A stretch of DNA of 64,000 nucleotides from Corallococcus exiguus (GTDB lineage: Bacteria > Myxococcota > Myxococcia > Myxococcales > Myxococcaceae). Below, one piece after another: positions 1-9,720 of this stretch. The position numbers were made by a program, and so were the translations under genes. The stretch is taken from assembly GCF_013155175.1 (NCBI RefSeq), contig NZ_JABJTS010000010.1. The stretch is one strand, 5' to 3'. The notes beneath the pieces are model-generated. The model saw nothing but the letters and a program-made list of their open reading frames with translations. It did no database searches and was not told where the DNA came from. How positions within the stretch are numbered: position 1 is the first letter of the stretch; each line of letters starts with the position of its first letter.

Positions 1-47
1 CCTCCCATGCGGGCCATGACTCCCCCACCTTCTTTGGGGGGTGGACG

Positions 48-446
48 ATGAAGCGAGGCCATTGGAGAGGTGCCTGGGGGCTGGCTGCCGCGCTGCTCGG
101 GCTTCCGGCGGTGGGGCAGATGGAAGGCCCACCCGAGGGTGCGTCGCAATACTCCTGCTTCGAAGCGGCGCGCCAGGGCAGCTCGGTGAGTGAGAGCATC
201 GCGGCGCAGCTCTGCCAGGGTGCCCGTTCCGACACCCCGGCACAGTGCTTCCTCCGGGTGAAGGAGAAGGGCTTCCTCGCCGACCCGCAGGCGCTCCAGC
301 TCTGCCAGTACGCCCAGCCCTCGGATGATCCCGCGGCATGCTTCTTCAAGGCGCGGACGTCCTCGTTCCTGGACGAGACCCAGCTCCTGGAGCTCTGCCG
401 CCCGCCCATCGCGCAGATGCTGAAGATGTGTCCCTACGGTCCGTGA
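48..446 (+). CDS. Small secreted Cys-rich protein with three internal repeats (QLCQ...C...CF)
   Basis: ATG at 48. N-terminal hydrophobic signal-like segment (WGLAAALLGLPAVG). Three ~35-aa repeats each with 3 Cys. GC3-rich codons. No recognisable family. Confidence 0.45.
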   Translation: MKRGHWRGAWGLAAALLGLPAVGQMEGPPEGASQYSCFEAARQGSSVSESIAAQLCQGARSDTPAQCFLRVKEKGFLADPQALQLCQYAQPSDDPAACFFKARTSSFLDETQLLELCRPPIAQMLKMCPYGP

Positions 447-464
447 GGCTTCACGCCGTGGGGC

Positions 465-3149
465 TCACCGGGCGCGGAGGAACGCCTTGACGCTCGGGGA
501 CTGGAGCTTCTGGGACTCGATGCACAGCCGGATGGACTCCAGGGCCCGGGTGAGCGCGCGCGGTCCGCCTTCAATCTTGTCCACGCGGGGCGTGAGGAAC
601 GTCTCCACCTGCGCCAGGTGGATGTCATCGCAGAGGCTCCCCGTCTGGCCAATCAGCCGGCCCAGCTCATCCGAACGCAGCCGCTGGGCCAGCGCATCGA
701 AGTGCGTCTGGTAGAAGTTCCACGCCAGCGACTGCGACTCCGGCGACATCAACGCCATCCGGAGGATGATCTGCGAGTCGCGCACGTCGAAGTCCGGAGA
801 CACCACGAGCCCCAACGCCCTCCACAACAGCTCCGGGCTCCGGAAGTAGCCCAGCGACATCAGCAGCCGGGAACGCTCGGTGCGGTCCTGTTCCTTCTTC
901 GCCGCTTCCAGCAGCGCGTCGAACAGCGCCGCATCGCCGTGCGTCGCCGCTCGGGGCAGCGCGGCACTGAACGCCTCCGGGTCCACCGACTTGCGGTCCG
1001 CCAGCCATGCGCGCACCAGGGGCAGCGCCTCCTTCACCAGCCGAGGGTCATCGCCCAGACCCCCGGCCAGCCGGAGGAACAGGGAGCGTGAATCCTTCAC
1101 GGAGTCGTCCTCGCCCGGCTTCGGCACCCAGCCCATGGCCCGCGCGCGCGCCGAGTAGAGCGAGGCCACCCACGCGCGGAAGCGCTGGCGCTCCTCGGGC
1201 GTGAGCTGCTCCAGACGCACGAGCTCCAGCAGCGAGGCGCCGCTCTGCACCACGAGCCGGTTCGTCGACTTCGCGGAGGCAGGCACCGCCTTCAGCGCCT
1301 CCCCCAGCGGCAGGTCGCCCCGGCTCACCGCCGCATCCACATCCGCCCAGAGCGCCATCTGCTCCGCGGGAGTGAAGGCGGCGGCCGGAGTCGCGAGCAG
1401 CTTCGTCAACTGCTCGCGGGTGTAACCGCCGCGGTAGTAACCCGTGCCGCCCGCGTTGAGCAGCACCCACGCCGGGCACTGCTTCGAGGGCAGCGCGACC
1501 TCCGTCGAGGGCCCCTGCACCATCGAGCACACCCGCGACGACTGCGTGCCCGTGCCCACGCGAAGACACACGGGCACCTGCCATTCCTGCCGCGAGTCCG
1601 CCTTGGAGCCCACGGGCAGGTACCGCTCCTGCGACAGCTTCACGGACGGAGCACCGCCCGCCGGGCACGACAGCTGCGCGGTGATCCGAGGCGCCCCGCT
1701 CCGCTCGATGAACCCGCCGAAGGATTGCGCCACCTCCGGCCCCGCCGCCTGGGACAGGTCCGCGAGGAAGTCCTCCATCGTCGCGACCTTCCACGCGTGC
1801 TTGCGGACATAGCCCCGGAGGAAGTCGCGGAAGCGCTCCGGTCCCATCCAGGCCTCGTACATGGCGATGACGGACGAGCCCTTGTCATACGTCGTCCCGT
1901 TGTCGAACGAGCCCACGATGTCGTCATTGCTCTCCACCGGCTTGCGCACGGGCAGCGCCGACGCCAGCTCATCCGACGCCAGGGCGGAGCGGGTCGCGGA
2001 CATGGCGCGCTCCTGCTGGTAGTCCCAGGACGGCTCCAGCCGGTCCACGGTCTGCCGGTCCAACCACGCGGTGAAGGATTCGTTCAGCCAGATGTCGTTC
2101 CACCAGGAGCAGGTGACGACGTCCCCGAACCAGTAGTGGCCCAGCTCATGGTTGGCGATGACCGCGTACGACTTGCGGCGAGCCAGCGTCTCCTCGCCGG
2201 GCGGAATGAGCGTGAGCGGCTGTCCGAGCGCGACGATGCCCGGGTGCTCCATGGTGCCCCAGTACCGGGGCACGACCGCCACATCGAGCTTCTCGTACGG
2301 ATACGGCTGGTCGAAGAAGTCCTCCAGTCCCTTCACGATGCGAGGCGTGATGCTCGCGGCGAAGCGAGTCTCCGCACCCCGGCCCTTGGGGACGATGAAG
2401 CGCAGCGGCACGTTCGTGCGTCCCACGGTGCCTGCCTCCACCACGTCGAACGGCCCCACCATGAAGGCCACGAGGTAGCTGGGCATCGGCTTGCTTTCCG
2501 CGAAGGTGACGCGCTCCAGGCCGTCCGCCAGCGGTTCGCGCGACACGACGGGATGGTTGGCCAGCGCCACGTGTCCGGCCTTCACGGTGAAGCGCAGGCG
2601 CCACGGCACCTTGAAGGTCGGCTCGTCGAAGCACGGGAAGGCACGGCGCGCGTCGATGGGCTCGAAGAACGTGTAGAGGTAGGGCTCACCGCCCTCCTCC
2701 ACCCCGTAGATGCCCTGGCTGCGCTCACGGTCCACCTTGCCCGTGAAGTCGAGCAGGAGCTGGGCCTTGCCCACCGGCAGTTCCTCCGGCAGCAGCAATC
2801 CCAGACGTCCTTCGGGCGCGGTGACAGGCTTCGCGGCGAACGTGCGGCCCGCCACGGTGACACGCGCCCGCGTCACTTCCACGTCCTGCGCATGCAGCCA
2901 CACCTGGCGCACGGGCTCGCGGACCTCCACGTCGATGGTGACGCTCCCCGGGTACGTGTCCTCCTTGGGCACGAGCTTCAGGTCCAGCGCGTAGTGCACG
3001 GGCCGCACGGTGTCCGGCAACCGTAGCGCGGGAGGCAGTGCCTCCGGCCACGAGACGGCGGGCGGCGCGGAAGCAGCCGGTGCGGCCTCCGGCGCGTGGG
3101 CACAGCGGACGGTCAACACCACCAGGACGAGGAGTGGGAGCAGTCGCAT
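465..3149 (-). CDS. Aminopeptidase N-like zinc metallopeptidase (M1 family), secreted
   Basis: N-terminal signal peptide (MRLLPLLVLVVLTVRCAHA). GAMEN-like motif (WGTMEHPG). HELGHYWFG...WLNESFTAWL zinc-binding HExxH-(18)-E motif diagnostic of M1 peptidases. 894 aa. Confidence 0.9.
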   Translation of the reverse strand: MRLLPLLVLVVLTVRCAHAPEAAPAASAPPAVSWPEALPPALRLPDTVRPVHYALDLKLVPKEDTYPGSVTIDVEVREPVRQVWLHAQDVEVTRARVTVAGRTFAAKPVTAPEGRLGLLLPEELPVGKAQLLLDFTGKVDRERSQGIYGVEEGGEPYLYTFFEPIDARRAFPCFDEPTFKVPWRLRFTVKAGHVALANHPVVSREPLADGLERVTFAESKPMPSYLVAFMVGPFDVVEAGTVGRTNVPLRFIVPKGRGAETRFAASITPRIVKGLEDFFDQPYPYEKLDVAVVPRYWGTMEHPGIVALGQPLTLIPPGEETLARRKSYAVIANHELGHYWFGDVVTCSWWNDIWLNESFTAWLDRQTVDRLEPSWDYQQERAMSATRSALASDELASALPVRKPVESNDDIVGSFDNGTTYDKGSSVIAMYEAWMGPERFRDFLRGYVRKHAWKVATMEDFLADLSQAAGPEVAQSFGGFIERSGAPRITAQLSCPAGGAPSVKLSQERYLPVGSKADSRQEWQVPVCLRVGTGTQSSRVCSMVQGPSTEVALPSKQCPAWVLLNAGGTGYYRGGYTREQLTKLLATPAAAFTPAEQMALWADVDAAVSRGDLPLGEALKAVPASAKSTNRLVVQSGASLLELVRLEQLTPEERQRFRAWVASLYSARARAMGWVPKPGEDDSVKDSRSLFLRLAGGLGDDPRLVKEALPLVRAWLADRKSVDPEAFSAALPRAATHGDAALFDALLEAAKKEQDRTERSRLLMSLGYFRSPELLWRALGLVVSPDFDVRDSQIILRMALMSPESQSLAWNFYQTHFDALAQRLRSDELGRLIGQTGSLCDDIHLAQVETFLTPRVDKIEGGPRALTRALESIRLCIESQKLQSPSVKAFLRAR

Positions 3150-3731
3150 GGGGGCGCAGCGTAGACCAACGTCCGCCAGCGGTCTTCGCAGCCTGGATGC
3201 GGCCGGTGACTACACGACTCCGACGTCGGCCGGGTCCACCATGATGATGTGTCGAGTCCCTCCGAACAGGGGCACGCCAATGCGGGAAACGTTGAGAACA
3301 AGGACGCCGTCGCTCTCGATCTCCTCGATCGTGAAGACCTGACCGACACATGCCAGGAAGAGGCGCTGAATTCCCTACGAGCCATTCGTTCATGCAAGCA
3401 CCAGGACATCCAGCCACCAGCCATTCCCAGGCGTGGGCACACGGATGGTTACGACTTTGTTCCGTCCGTACAGTCAAGACCATCGTGGTCCCACGACGGC
3501 GGACACGGATCATGCCTCAGGATGCTGCGTTTCAGCTCGCGTCCAAAGCCATCCTGGGACGTCTCCAATCCATAGCGCCGCAGACACGACGCGCAGAGCC
3601 CCACCCCGCCACGGGGTACTCATAGACCCCGATCGGGTTTAGACAGACACCGCAGAACCCCACAACATGTCTGTCTTCATGCGTCCAAACTGATAGATCG
3701 CCCTTTCCTCTCACTTCGCCAGGAACGTGCG

Positions 3732-6074
3732 ATGCGCCGACAAGCCACACCGCCTCGGGTTTTGTTTTACGCACTAATCAGCGCTGTCATTTCTGTCATG
3801 GCCTGCGACACGGGGGGCGAGCCGGAGCGGGAGACCGGCAACGTCCGGTTCGTCAGCGCGGTGCCCCAGGCGCTCGCGGGCGATGAGATCACCCGCGTGA
3901 CCGTCACGCTGACGGCGTCCGGCGTGCCTTCCGCCACCACCGTGCTCACGAAGGGCACGGATGGCTGGAGCGGCACCATGTACCAAGTGCCCGCCGGCAC
4001 CCAGCGCACCTTCACCGCGGAGGCCTTCGCCGCGGACGGCGCCCTGCGCTACCGGGGCGCGGCCTCGGACGTCACCATCACCGCGGGCACGACCTCCATC
4101 GTGGCCATCACCCTCCAGGCGCTGAATGGCCCGGGCCCGTTCGACAACTCGGCCCCGTGCATCGACTCGCTCGTGGCATCCGCGAGCAGCATCCTCCCCG
4201 GGGGCTCCATCTCCCTCCAGGCCACGGCGCATGATCCGGATGCGTCCGACTCCATCACGTACGCCTGGACGGCGGCGGATGGCACCTTCGGTTCGCCCAC
4301 GCTCACGTCCACGACCTGGACGGCGCCCGTGACCCCGGGCGTCTATGGGCTGACGTTGACGGTCATCGACTCGCGCGGCGCCACGGCGACCATCCGCATC
4401 GACATCACCGTCATCTCCAAGGACGGCGGCACCACGGCCGGCACCGCGGAGGTGTCCGTCACGTTCAACATCTCCCCCGCCGTCACCCGCGTCACCGCGT
4501 CCCGGTCCCCCGTGCCCGTGGGCCAGAGCACCACCGTCACCGCGGACGTGACGGATCCGGACGGCGACGCGCTGACCTACCAGTGGGCCGCGTCCTGCGC
4601 GGGCACCTGGACCGATGACACCTCCAACGTCGCCTCCTTCACCCCGACCGCCGTGCCCGCTGGCGACTCGTGCGGCAACTGCGCGCTCACCGTCACCGTG
4701 AAGGATCCGAAGGGCGGCCAGACGCAGGGCACGCTGCGCATCTGCGTGGGCGACGGCGCGACCACCAACGTTCCCCCGCGCATCGTCCTCGCGCACCAGA
4801 GCAGCGCGTCCGTGGTGGGCGACAGCACCGTGACGTTCCGCGTCCTCGCCGAGGACGGCAACGGTGGCGCCCTCACCTTCAACTGGGCCTCGAGCACCGG
4901 CACGCTCGCGGCGCCCTCGTCCGGGTTCACCTCCAGCGAGACCTCCTGGAAGGCCCCCACCTGCGCGCCCACCGGCGGGAACGCGACCGTCACCGCCACC
5001 GTCACCAACGCCCAGGGCTTCTCCGCGTCCCAGGCCTTCACCGTGGCGGTGCAGAACGCCCCCGCGTGCACGCCGCCCACCACGGTCGCGCGGTGGGACC
5101 TCACGGCCAGCATGACGCAGCGCCGCTTCGGTGCGAGCCTCATCCCCCTGGCCTCCGGGAAGATCCTCGTCTTCGGCGGGACGATTTCCTCCACCGCCCT
5201 GGGCACCGCGGAGCTCTACGATCCCGCGACGGGGACCTGGTCTTCCGCTGGAACGCTGGGCACCGCGCACTACAACCCCGCGGTGACACTGCTGCCCTCT
5301 GGCAAGGTCATGGTCACGGGCGGCTTCGTGGCGTACCCGGCCAGCACCGCGCTGCGCGCCGTGGAGTTCTATGATCCCGCGACCAACACCTGGACGGCTG
5401 GCCCGCAGATGGGCTTCGCGCGCGGCGCCCATACCTCGACGCTACTGCCCAACGGCAAGGTCCTGGTCATCGGCGGCGTCACCACGGGCGACACCGTCAG
5501 CAACCGCTCCATCGAGCTCTACGACCCCGCCACGAACAGCTGGGTGCCGGTGGCGAGCCCGACCTATGCCCGGTCCAACCACCGCGCGGTCCTGCTGCCG
5601 TCGGGCAAGGTGCTCACCGTGGGCGGCAACCTGCCGTCGGAGATCTACGATCCGTCCAACAACACCTGGAGCACCGCCACCGGCCTGACGACGCGGACCT
5701 TCACCGACGCCTTCCTCCAGCCGTCTGGCAAGGTCGTCCTGGTGGATGGGACGCTGGTCGCGACGTACGACCCGGTGCTCAACGTCCAGGCCACGCTGGG
5801 CAACTTCACCTACGAGCGCGCCAGCTCATCCCTGGTCCGGCTGAACTCCGGGAAGCTGCTGCTCGCGGGCGGGAACTCCACGGTGGGCCTGACGACGGAG
5901 GTCTTCGACCTTTCAACCGGTACCTCCGCGTTCTCCACCAGCATGGCGTCCAACCGCTACCTGATGGCCACCACCGTGCTTCCCAGCGGCAAGGTGCTCT
6001 TCATCAGCGGCTATGACCGGGACGACGGAGCAACCGTCAGCGCCGTCCTCGTCTACACGCCCGCGAGCCCCTGA
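3732..6074 (+). CDS. Lipoprotein with PKD/Ig-like repeats and C-terminal Kelch (galactose-oxidase-like) beta-propeller repeats
   Basis: Lipobox ISVMAC. Repeated 'DPDGDALTYQWAAS' PKD-type segments. C-terminal six-plus repeats of 'LLPSGKVLVxGG...ELYDPATNTW' typical of Kelch blades. Confidence 0.8.
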   Translation: MRRQATPPRVLFYALISAVISVMACDTGGEPERETGNVRFVSAVPQALAGDEITRVTVTLTASGVPSATTVLTKGTDGWSGTMYQVPAGTQRTFTAEAFAADGALRYRGAASDVTITAGTTSIVAITLQALNGPGPFDNSAPCIDSLVASASSILPGGSISLQATAHDPDASDSITYAWTAADGTFGSPTLTSTTWTAPVTPGVYGLTLTVIDSRGATATIRIDITVISKDGGTTAGTAEVSVTFNISPAVTRVTASRSPVPVGQSTTVTADVTDPDGDALTYQWAASCAGTWTDDTSNVASFTPTAVPAGDSCGNCALTVTVKDPKGGQTQGTLRICVGDGATTNVPPRIVLAHQSSASVVGDSTVTFRVLAEDGNGGALTFNWASSTGTLAAPSSGFTSSETSWKAPTCAPTGGNATVTATVTNAQGFSASQAFTVAVQNAPACTPPTTVARWDLTASMTQRRFGASLIPLASGKILVFGGTISSTALGTAELYDPATGTWSSAGTLGTAHYNPAVTLLPSGKVMVTGGFVAYPASTALRAVEFYDPATNTWTAGPQMGFARGAHTSTLLPNGKVLVIGGVTTGDTVSNRSIELYDPATNSWVPVASPTYARSNHRAVLLPSGKVLTVGGNLPSEIYDPSNNTWSTATGLTTRTFTDAFLQPSGKVVLVDGTLVATYDPVLNVQATLGNFTYERASSSLVRLNSGKLLLAGGNSTVGLTTEVFDLSTGTSAFSTSMASNRYLMATTVLPSGKVLFISGYDRDDGATVSAVLVYTPASP

Positions 6075-6161
6075 AGTCCACCTGAAACTCAGTTGAGGAG
6101 CGGTCGGACCCACACAGGTCCGGCCGCTCCGGGCATTGCGGCGCCGCGCGATTGAGCGAGG

Positions 6162-6992
6162 ATGCGGCCCATGTCCAACCTCCAAGGCAAGACCCTCTTC
6201 ATCACCGGCGCCAGCCGCGGCATCGGCAAGGCCATCGCGCTGCGCGCGGCCCGCGACGGCGCCAACATCGTCATCGCCGCGAAAACCACGGACCCGCACC
6301 CCAAGCTGCCCGGCACCATCTACACGGCGGCGAAGGAGATTGAAGAGGCCGGCGGCAAGGCGCTCCCCTGCGTGGTGGACATCCGCGACGAGGCGCAGAT
6401 CCAAGCCGCCGTCGCCAAGGCCGTGGAGACCTTCGGCGGCATCGACATCCTGGTGAACAACGCCAGCGCCATCAGCCTCACCGGCACGCTGGAGACGCCG
6501 CTCAAGCGCTTCGACCTGATGCACGGCATCAACACGCGCGGCACCTTCGCGTGCTCGCAGGCGTGCATCCCGTACCTCAAGAAGTCCTCCAACCCGCACA
6601 TCCTCAACAACTCGCCGCCGCTCAACATGGAGCCGCGCTGGTTCGGCCCCCACGTGGCCTACACCATCGCGAAGTACGGCATGAGCCTGTGCGCGCTGGG
6701 CATGGCGGAGGAGCTCAAGGACGACGGCATCGCCGTCAACACGCTGTGGCCCCGCACCGTCATCGCCACCGCCGCCGTGCAGAACCTGCTGGGCGGCGAC
6801 GACACCATCAAAGGCAGCCGCACGCCGGAGATCATGGCGGACGCCGCGTACACCATCCTCACCAAGCCCAGCCGCTCCTTCACCGGCAACTTCTGCATCG
6901 ACGATGAAGTGCTGCGCGCCGCCGGCATCACCAACCTGGACAAGTACCAGTCCGTCCCCGGCGCGGAGCTGCTGCCCGACTTCTTCCTCTAG
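6162..6992 (+). CDS. Short-chain dehydrogenase/reductase (SDR family oxidoreductase)
   Basis: TGASRGIGKAIA Rossmann motif. Catalytic Y-x3-K segment (YTIAKYGMS). 276 aa. Alternative ATG at 6171. Confidence 0.85.
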   Translation: MRPMSNLQGKTLFITGASRGIGKAIALRAARDGANIVIAAKTTDPHPKLPGTIYTAAKEIEEAGGKALPCVVDIRDEAQIQAAVAKAVETFGGIDILVNNASAISLTGTLETPLKRFDLMHGINTRGTFACSQACIPYLKKSSNPHILNNSPPLNMEPRWFGPHVAYTIAKYGMSLCALGMAEELKDDGIAVNTLWPRTVIATAAVQNLLGGDDTIKGSRTPEIMADAAYTILTKPSRSFTGNFCIDDEVLRAAGITNLDKYQSVPGAELLPDFFL

Positions 6993-7006
6993 CGCGGCTC
7001 GGCCCC

Positions 7007-7927
7007 ATGCCCCCGCGCAAGCTCCAGCGACACCTGGTCTGGCTCGAGTCCTTCACCGCCGCCGTGGAGGCCGGCAGCATCGACGCCGCCGCGGAGCACC
7101 TGGGCGTCGCCCGCTCCGTCGTGAGCGAGCACATCCGCGCGCTGGAGGAAGCGCTCGCGGATGGCGCCGCCCTGCTGGAGCGGGGGCCGGGCCGGCGCCT
7201 GCAACTGTCCGCGCGTGGAGAGCGCCTCTACGCGGGCACCCAGACGCCGCTGCACCAGCTGGACGTGAAGCGGCTGATGGACCTGGCCCGAGTGGAGCCC
7301 ACCCTGCGCCTGGGCCTCAACCCCACGCTGTCCATGTCGCTGCTGGGCGGCATCGCGCAGGATGCCGCCGCCGCCGACCTCAAGCTGGTGGTGGGCTTCG
7401 GCGGCTCGCACGAACTCATGCGGCAGGTGCAGACGCGGCAGCAGGACCTGGCGCTCGACTTCACCCCCCTGCCCCCACACGAGGGCGTGGACACCGAGTC
7501 CCTGCTGCGCATGTCCTTCGTCGTCATCGCGGGTCCCGACTCCGCGCTCGCCCGGGAGCACCCCTCCCGCCGCTCGCTGGACGTGAAGGACCTCCAGGGC
7601 CAGCGCTTCGTGGACTGGCTTCGAGACGACCCCTACGGCGGCGCCAACAGCGCGCGCTTCGCCGCGCACGGCGTGTCCGTCACCGAGGTCGGCCGCGTGG
7701 AGAGCTTCCTCCACCTCTACGAGCTGCTGCGCGCCTACAAGGCCTGCACCATCGCCCCGGACGTACGCCCCACCCAGCCGTTCCCCACCGACCTCCACGT
7801 CTGGCCCCTGCGCGAACAGGAGCCCCAGGTCGTGGAGGTGGTAGCCGTCTGGCCCTCCGGAGGCCTCAGCCCCGCCGTCCAATCCATCCTTGACGGGCTG
7901 CGTCGCCGCCTGAACAAACGGCGATAA
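7007..7927 (+). CDS. LysR-family transcriptional regulator
   Basis: N-terminal wHTH 'LESFTAAVEAGSIDAAAEHLGVARSVVSEHIRALEEAL' followed by a LysR substrate-binding domain. 306 aa. Confidence 0.8.
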   Translation: MPPRKLQRHLVWLESFTAAVEAGSIDAAAEHLGVARSVVSEHIRALEEALADGAALLERGPGRRLQLSARGERLYAGTQTPLHQLDVKRLMDLARVEPTLRLGLNPTLSMSLLGGIAQDAAAADLKLVVGFGGSHELMRQVQTRQQDLALDFTPLPPHEGVDTESLLRMSFVVIAGPDSALAREHPSRRSLDVKDLQGQRFVDWLRDDPYGGANSARFAAHGVSVTEVGRVESFLHLYELLRAYKACTIAPDVRPTQPFPTDLHVWPLREQEPQVVEVVAVWPSGGLSPAVQSILDGLRRRLNKRR

Positions 7928-8020
7928 TCCGACGAAGACGTCGAATTCTGCCGGATTTCCGTCTTGCAGTGGGGTGGGTATTCTTCAGGAGTCCTGCATC
8001 TCCTGAAGGAGCCGCTCGCG

Positions 8021-9616
8021 ATGACACCCACGGAACGGACCATTGCCCGCCTTCCCGCCCACCTGCGCCGCTACGTGGTGGGCCAGGACTACGCGGCGTA
8101 CACGCCCAGGGATCAGGCGGTGTGGCGGCACATCCTGGGGCAGCTGCGCGAGCACCTGAGCGACAAGGCGCACCCCGTCTACCTGGAGGGCCTGGAAGCC
8201 ACGGGCATTGGCGCGGAGGCCATCCCCAGCCTGGACGAGATGAACGAGAAGCTGTCCAAGCTGGGCTGGTCCTGCGTGGCGGTGCGCGGCTTCATCCCGC
8301 CGGCCGTCTTCACGGAGCTGCAGGCGCAGGGCGTGCTGGCCATCGCGGCGGACATCCGCACGCACGAGCACATCCAGTACACGCCCGCGCCGGACATCGT
8401 CCATGAGAGCGCGGGCCACGCCCCCATCATCGCGAACGCGCGTTACGCGCAGTACCTCAAGGCCGTGGGGCTGGTGGGCTTCAAGGCCATCGCCAGCGTG
8501 GAGGACCAGGCCGTCTTCGAGGCCATCCGCAACCTCTCCGTGGTGAAGGAGGACCCCACCGCGACGGAGGAGGAGATTTCCCACGCCCAGGCCCGCCTGG
8601 AGGCCGCCAACGCCAGCCACCGCTACATCAGCGAGAGCACCCGCGCGAGCCGCCTGTACTGGTGGACCGCGGAGTACGGGCTGATTGGCGACCTGAAGCA
8701 CCCGCGCATCTACGGCGCGGGCCTGCTGTCCAGCATTGGCGAGGCCCGGCACTGCCTGACGTCCGCCGTGCACAAGCTGTCCCTGGGCGTGGCGTGCGCG
8801 GACACGGACTACGACATCACCCGCATGCAGCCGCAGCTCTTCGTGGCGCGCGACTTCGAGCACCTCTTCGAGGTCCTGGCCGAGTTCGAGTCCACGCTCG
8901 CGTGGAAGCGCGGCGGAGACCTGGGCCTCAACGAGGCGCTGCGCGCGCGCACGGTCAACCACCTGGTGCTCGCGGACGGCCGCGAGGTGACGGGCAAGGT
9001 GGTGGAGCTGCTGCCCGCCGCGAAGGACGTGGCCCCGGGCCTGTCCACCGCGCTGGCCCGGCTGGAGGGCCCCATCCTCACGTCCATGAACGGGCACGCC
9101 GTGGACATGCCGTTCAGCGGCGCGGCGCTGGTCGCCTTTGGCCAGGGCACCCTGCCGGAGCGCGGGAGCTTCACGCTCACGCTCGACAGCGGGCTGGTGC
9201 TGGAGGGCTTCGCGGTGGGCGGCGGAGAAGTGATTGCCCTGCGCGGCACGCTGGCCGGCCAGGAGCTGACGCTGCCGTCCATGGCGCGCCTGTACCTGAC
9301 GGAGCGGCTGCCGTCCGTGGCGGGCGGCCCCGCCGACCCGGGCACGTGGGACGAGTGGTTCGGGGAGATGGACGCCTTCACCGCGGGCGACGGCGAGGCC
9401 CAGGCGCGCGAGCGCAAGGCGCAGGCCCTGCCCCCGTCGCTGGCCGCCCTCTACACGGAGGTGCGCCGCATCCGCGAGACGGGGCAGCTGGCCGCCGAGC
9501 GGCTGGAGCAGATCGCCCGCGCGTCCACGGACTTCCCCACCGACTGGCTCCTGCGCGCCGAGGTCGCGGAGCTGCGCGGCGAGGTGCCCGCGCGGCGCGA
9601 GGCGGCGCAGGCGTAG
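8021..9616 (+). CDS. phhA: Phenylalanine-4-hydroxylase (aromatic amino acid hydroxylase) with long C-terminal extension
   Basis: Iron-binding motif 'YTPAPDIVHESAGHAPII' (His-x4-His) and conserved catalytic core. ATG at 8021 preceded by GAAGGA RBS. The tabulated ORF starts earlier at a TTG (7964). C-terminal ~250 aa has no obvious family. Confidence 0.8.
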   Translation: MTPTERTIARLPAHLRRYVVGQDYAAYTPRDQAVWRHILGQLREHLSDKAHPVYLEGLEATGIGAEAIPSLDEMNEKLSKLGWSCVAVRGFIPPAVFTELQAQGVLAIAADIRTHEHIQYTPAPDIVHESAGHAPIIANARYAQYLKAVGLVGFKAIASVEDQAVFEAIRNLSVVKEDPTATEEEISHAQARLEAANASHRYISESTRASRLYWWTAEYGLIGDLKHPRIYGAGLLSSIGEARHCLTSAVHKLSLGVACADTDYDITRMQPQLFVARDFEHLFEVLAEFESTLAWKRGGDLGLNEALRARTVNHLVLADGREVTGKVVELLPAAKDVAPGLSTALARLEGPILTSMNGHAVDMPFSGAALVAFGQGTLPERGSFTLTLDSGLVLEGFAVGGGEVIALRGTLAGQELTLPSMARLYLTERLPSVAGGPADPGTWDEWFGEMDAFTAGDGEAQARERKAQALPPSLAALYTEVRRIRETGQLAAERLEQIARASTDFPTDWLLRAEVAELRGEVPARREAAQA

Positions 9617-9655
9617 GGCCCGGTGCTTCGAATCACAGACGGATGACGCGCAAAC

Positions 9656-9689
9656 GGCCCGGTCGACCTCTTCACGAGGTCGCCGGGCC
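9656..9689. terminator. Bidirectional hairpin between convergent phhA and LysM-hydrolase genes
   Basis: GGCCCGGTCGACCTC-ttcac-GAGGTCGCCGGGCC near-perfect inverted repeat in the 104-bp convergent gap. Confidence 0.5.
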
Positions 9690-9720
9690 GAATCACTTCC
9701 AGGGGCTTTCGCCGCCGGGA

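Noticed and set aside
3774-5432. 552-aa minus-strand ORF
   Set aside because: Antisense to the Kelch/PKD lipoprotein gene, which has clear domain repeats. GC-frame artefact.
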